A DNA stretch of 63,262 nt, the filler included, from Ministeria vibrans ATCC 50519 (Eukaryota > Protista > Filasterea): the NCBI GenBank assembly GCA_943704425.1. It is 10 parts of 10 records of this genome, joined end to end, with 100 filler letters (N's around TTAATTAATTAA, not from the genome) between each part and the next. Parts side by side here need not be neighbours in the genome. Positions count along the whole stretch, not along the records: positions 54,966 to 63,262 come from CALSCP010001463.1; 9 more parts are not named here. One strand, written 5' to 3'. The translations under genes were made by a program, and so were the position numbers. Below, piece after piece: positions 62,534 to 63,262 of this stretch (within the stretch, counting starts at the first letter, position 1; every line of letters begins with the position of its first letter). The notes under the pieces were generated by a model, which saw only the letters and a program-made list of their open reading frames with translations, was not told the DNA's origin and ran no database searches.

Positions 62534-63262
62534 ATGCCTACCATTTCCGTCGCCAAGACCCCTTTCCTAAAGGCCATTGATTGGGTCAACGCCACTGACG
62601 AAAACATTCGCACACTTTGTTTCGACTTTGGCATCGAACTCGATGACATTGTTGATCCCAAGGAGGAAAGATGCGCTGCTGCTCTTATGGGTGGAGGTAA
62701 AGAGAGAGCAAATACATTGTATGTGTAGTTTTGTGTTCTGTTCTCTTTTTTTGCGTGTTTTTTCGTCCGATTGACGCAACCTTTACGGTTTTGGTCGAAG
62801 TCCAAGAAAGCGTCCGAGTAAACACACAATGTTTTGGTCCTAAACTTGTAATTATAATCAATTGTTGGTCTTTTCACCTTTGGTTGTATTCTTTGGTGGC
62901 ATTTGGTCGCTTGTTGAGTATTTTTTTATTATTGTTTTTTGGAAGTTAAGGAATTACCCGAAATTTATCCTCAACTTTTTTCCTTTTTATGTTTTTTTTA
63001 GAACGAACTGCACAAGACGCGCCCGCTGTCGTATACGACGACAACGACCTGATCTACAAGATTGACATTCCTGCCAATCGCTATGATCTGCTCTGTTTTG
63101 AGGGCATTGTTCAAGCCTTCCGAGTGTTCTTGCAGAAGTCCCCTTCGCCGGAGTACATCCTCTCAAGCCCCGAGACACGCCAGCGTCTTGTCGTGGACAA
63201 GAGCACTGCTGCCATTCGTCCGTTTGCCTTTGCAGCTGTTCTTCGCGACGTTAAATTTACAC
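62534..63262 (+). CDS. FARSB: Cytoplasmic phenylalanyl-tRNA synthetase beta subunit (5' part)
   Basis: MPTISV..LCFDFGIELD; IYKIDIPANRYDLLCFEG; IRPFAFAAVLRDVKF. Confidence 0.95.

Overview
This is gene-dense eukaryotic genomic DNA with short GT-AG introns, most likely from a unicellular protist (lineage not determinable from the sequence alone). It is not one continuous locus: about ten contigs or scaffolds are joined by artificial N-TTAATTAATTAA-N linkers. Housekeeping genes include TIM50, an ER FKBP, a UBR1/2 N-terminus, TRM5, adenosine deaminase, a UTP20 N-terminus, NUP37, PITHD1, a CRAL-TRIO protein, NAA25, PLPBP, an NCS-1-like protein, a Rib2-type deaminase, dynactin p150 and a head-to-head PheRS alpha/beta pair. 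There is also a tRNA-Asp/tRNA-Ser pair. Main candidate novel system: one spliced minus-strand gene (37589-42381) encoding WD40 repeats - Roc GTPase - COR - caspase-like (C14) protease with an intact His/Cys dyad. Six of its WD40 repeats each sit on an exactly 126-nt, phase 2-2 exon, suggesting a shufflable sensor on an apoptosome/NLR-like immune receptor. Second candidate: a ~5-kb intronless element (23.2-28.1 kb) with a Polinton-type integrase fused to an SF3 helicase module, facing a PrimPol-PriCT2-D5 helicase, with no capsid gene or pPolB visible. Also present are an ~80-EGF Notch/Crumbs-like receptor with a ZU5-like insert and a PDZ-binding tail, a dispersed ~100-bp repeat family, and two LINE fragments next to an identical 28-nt motif.
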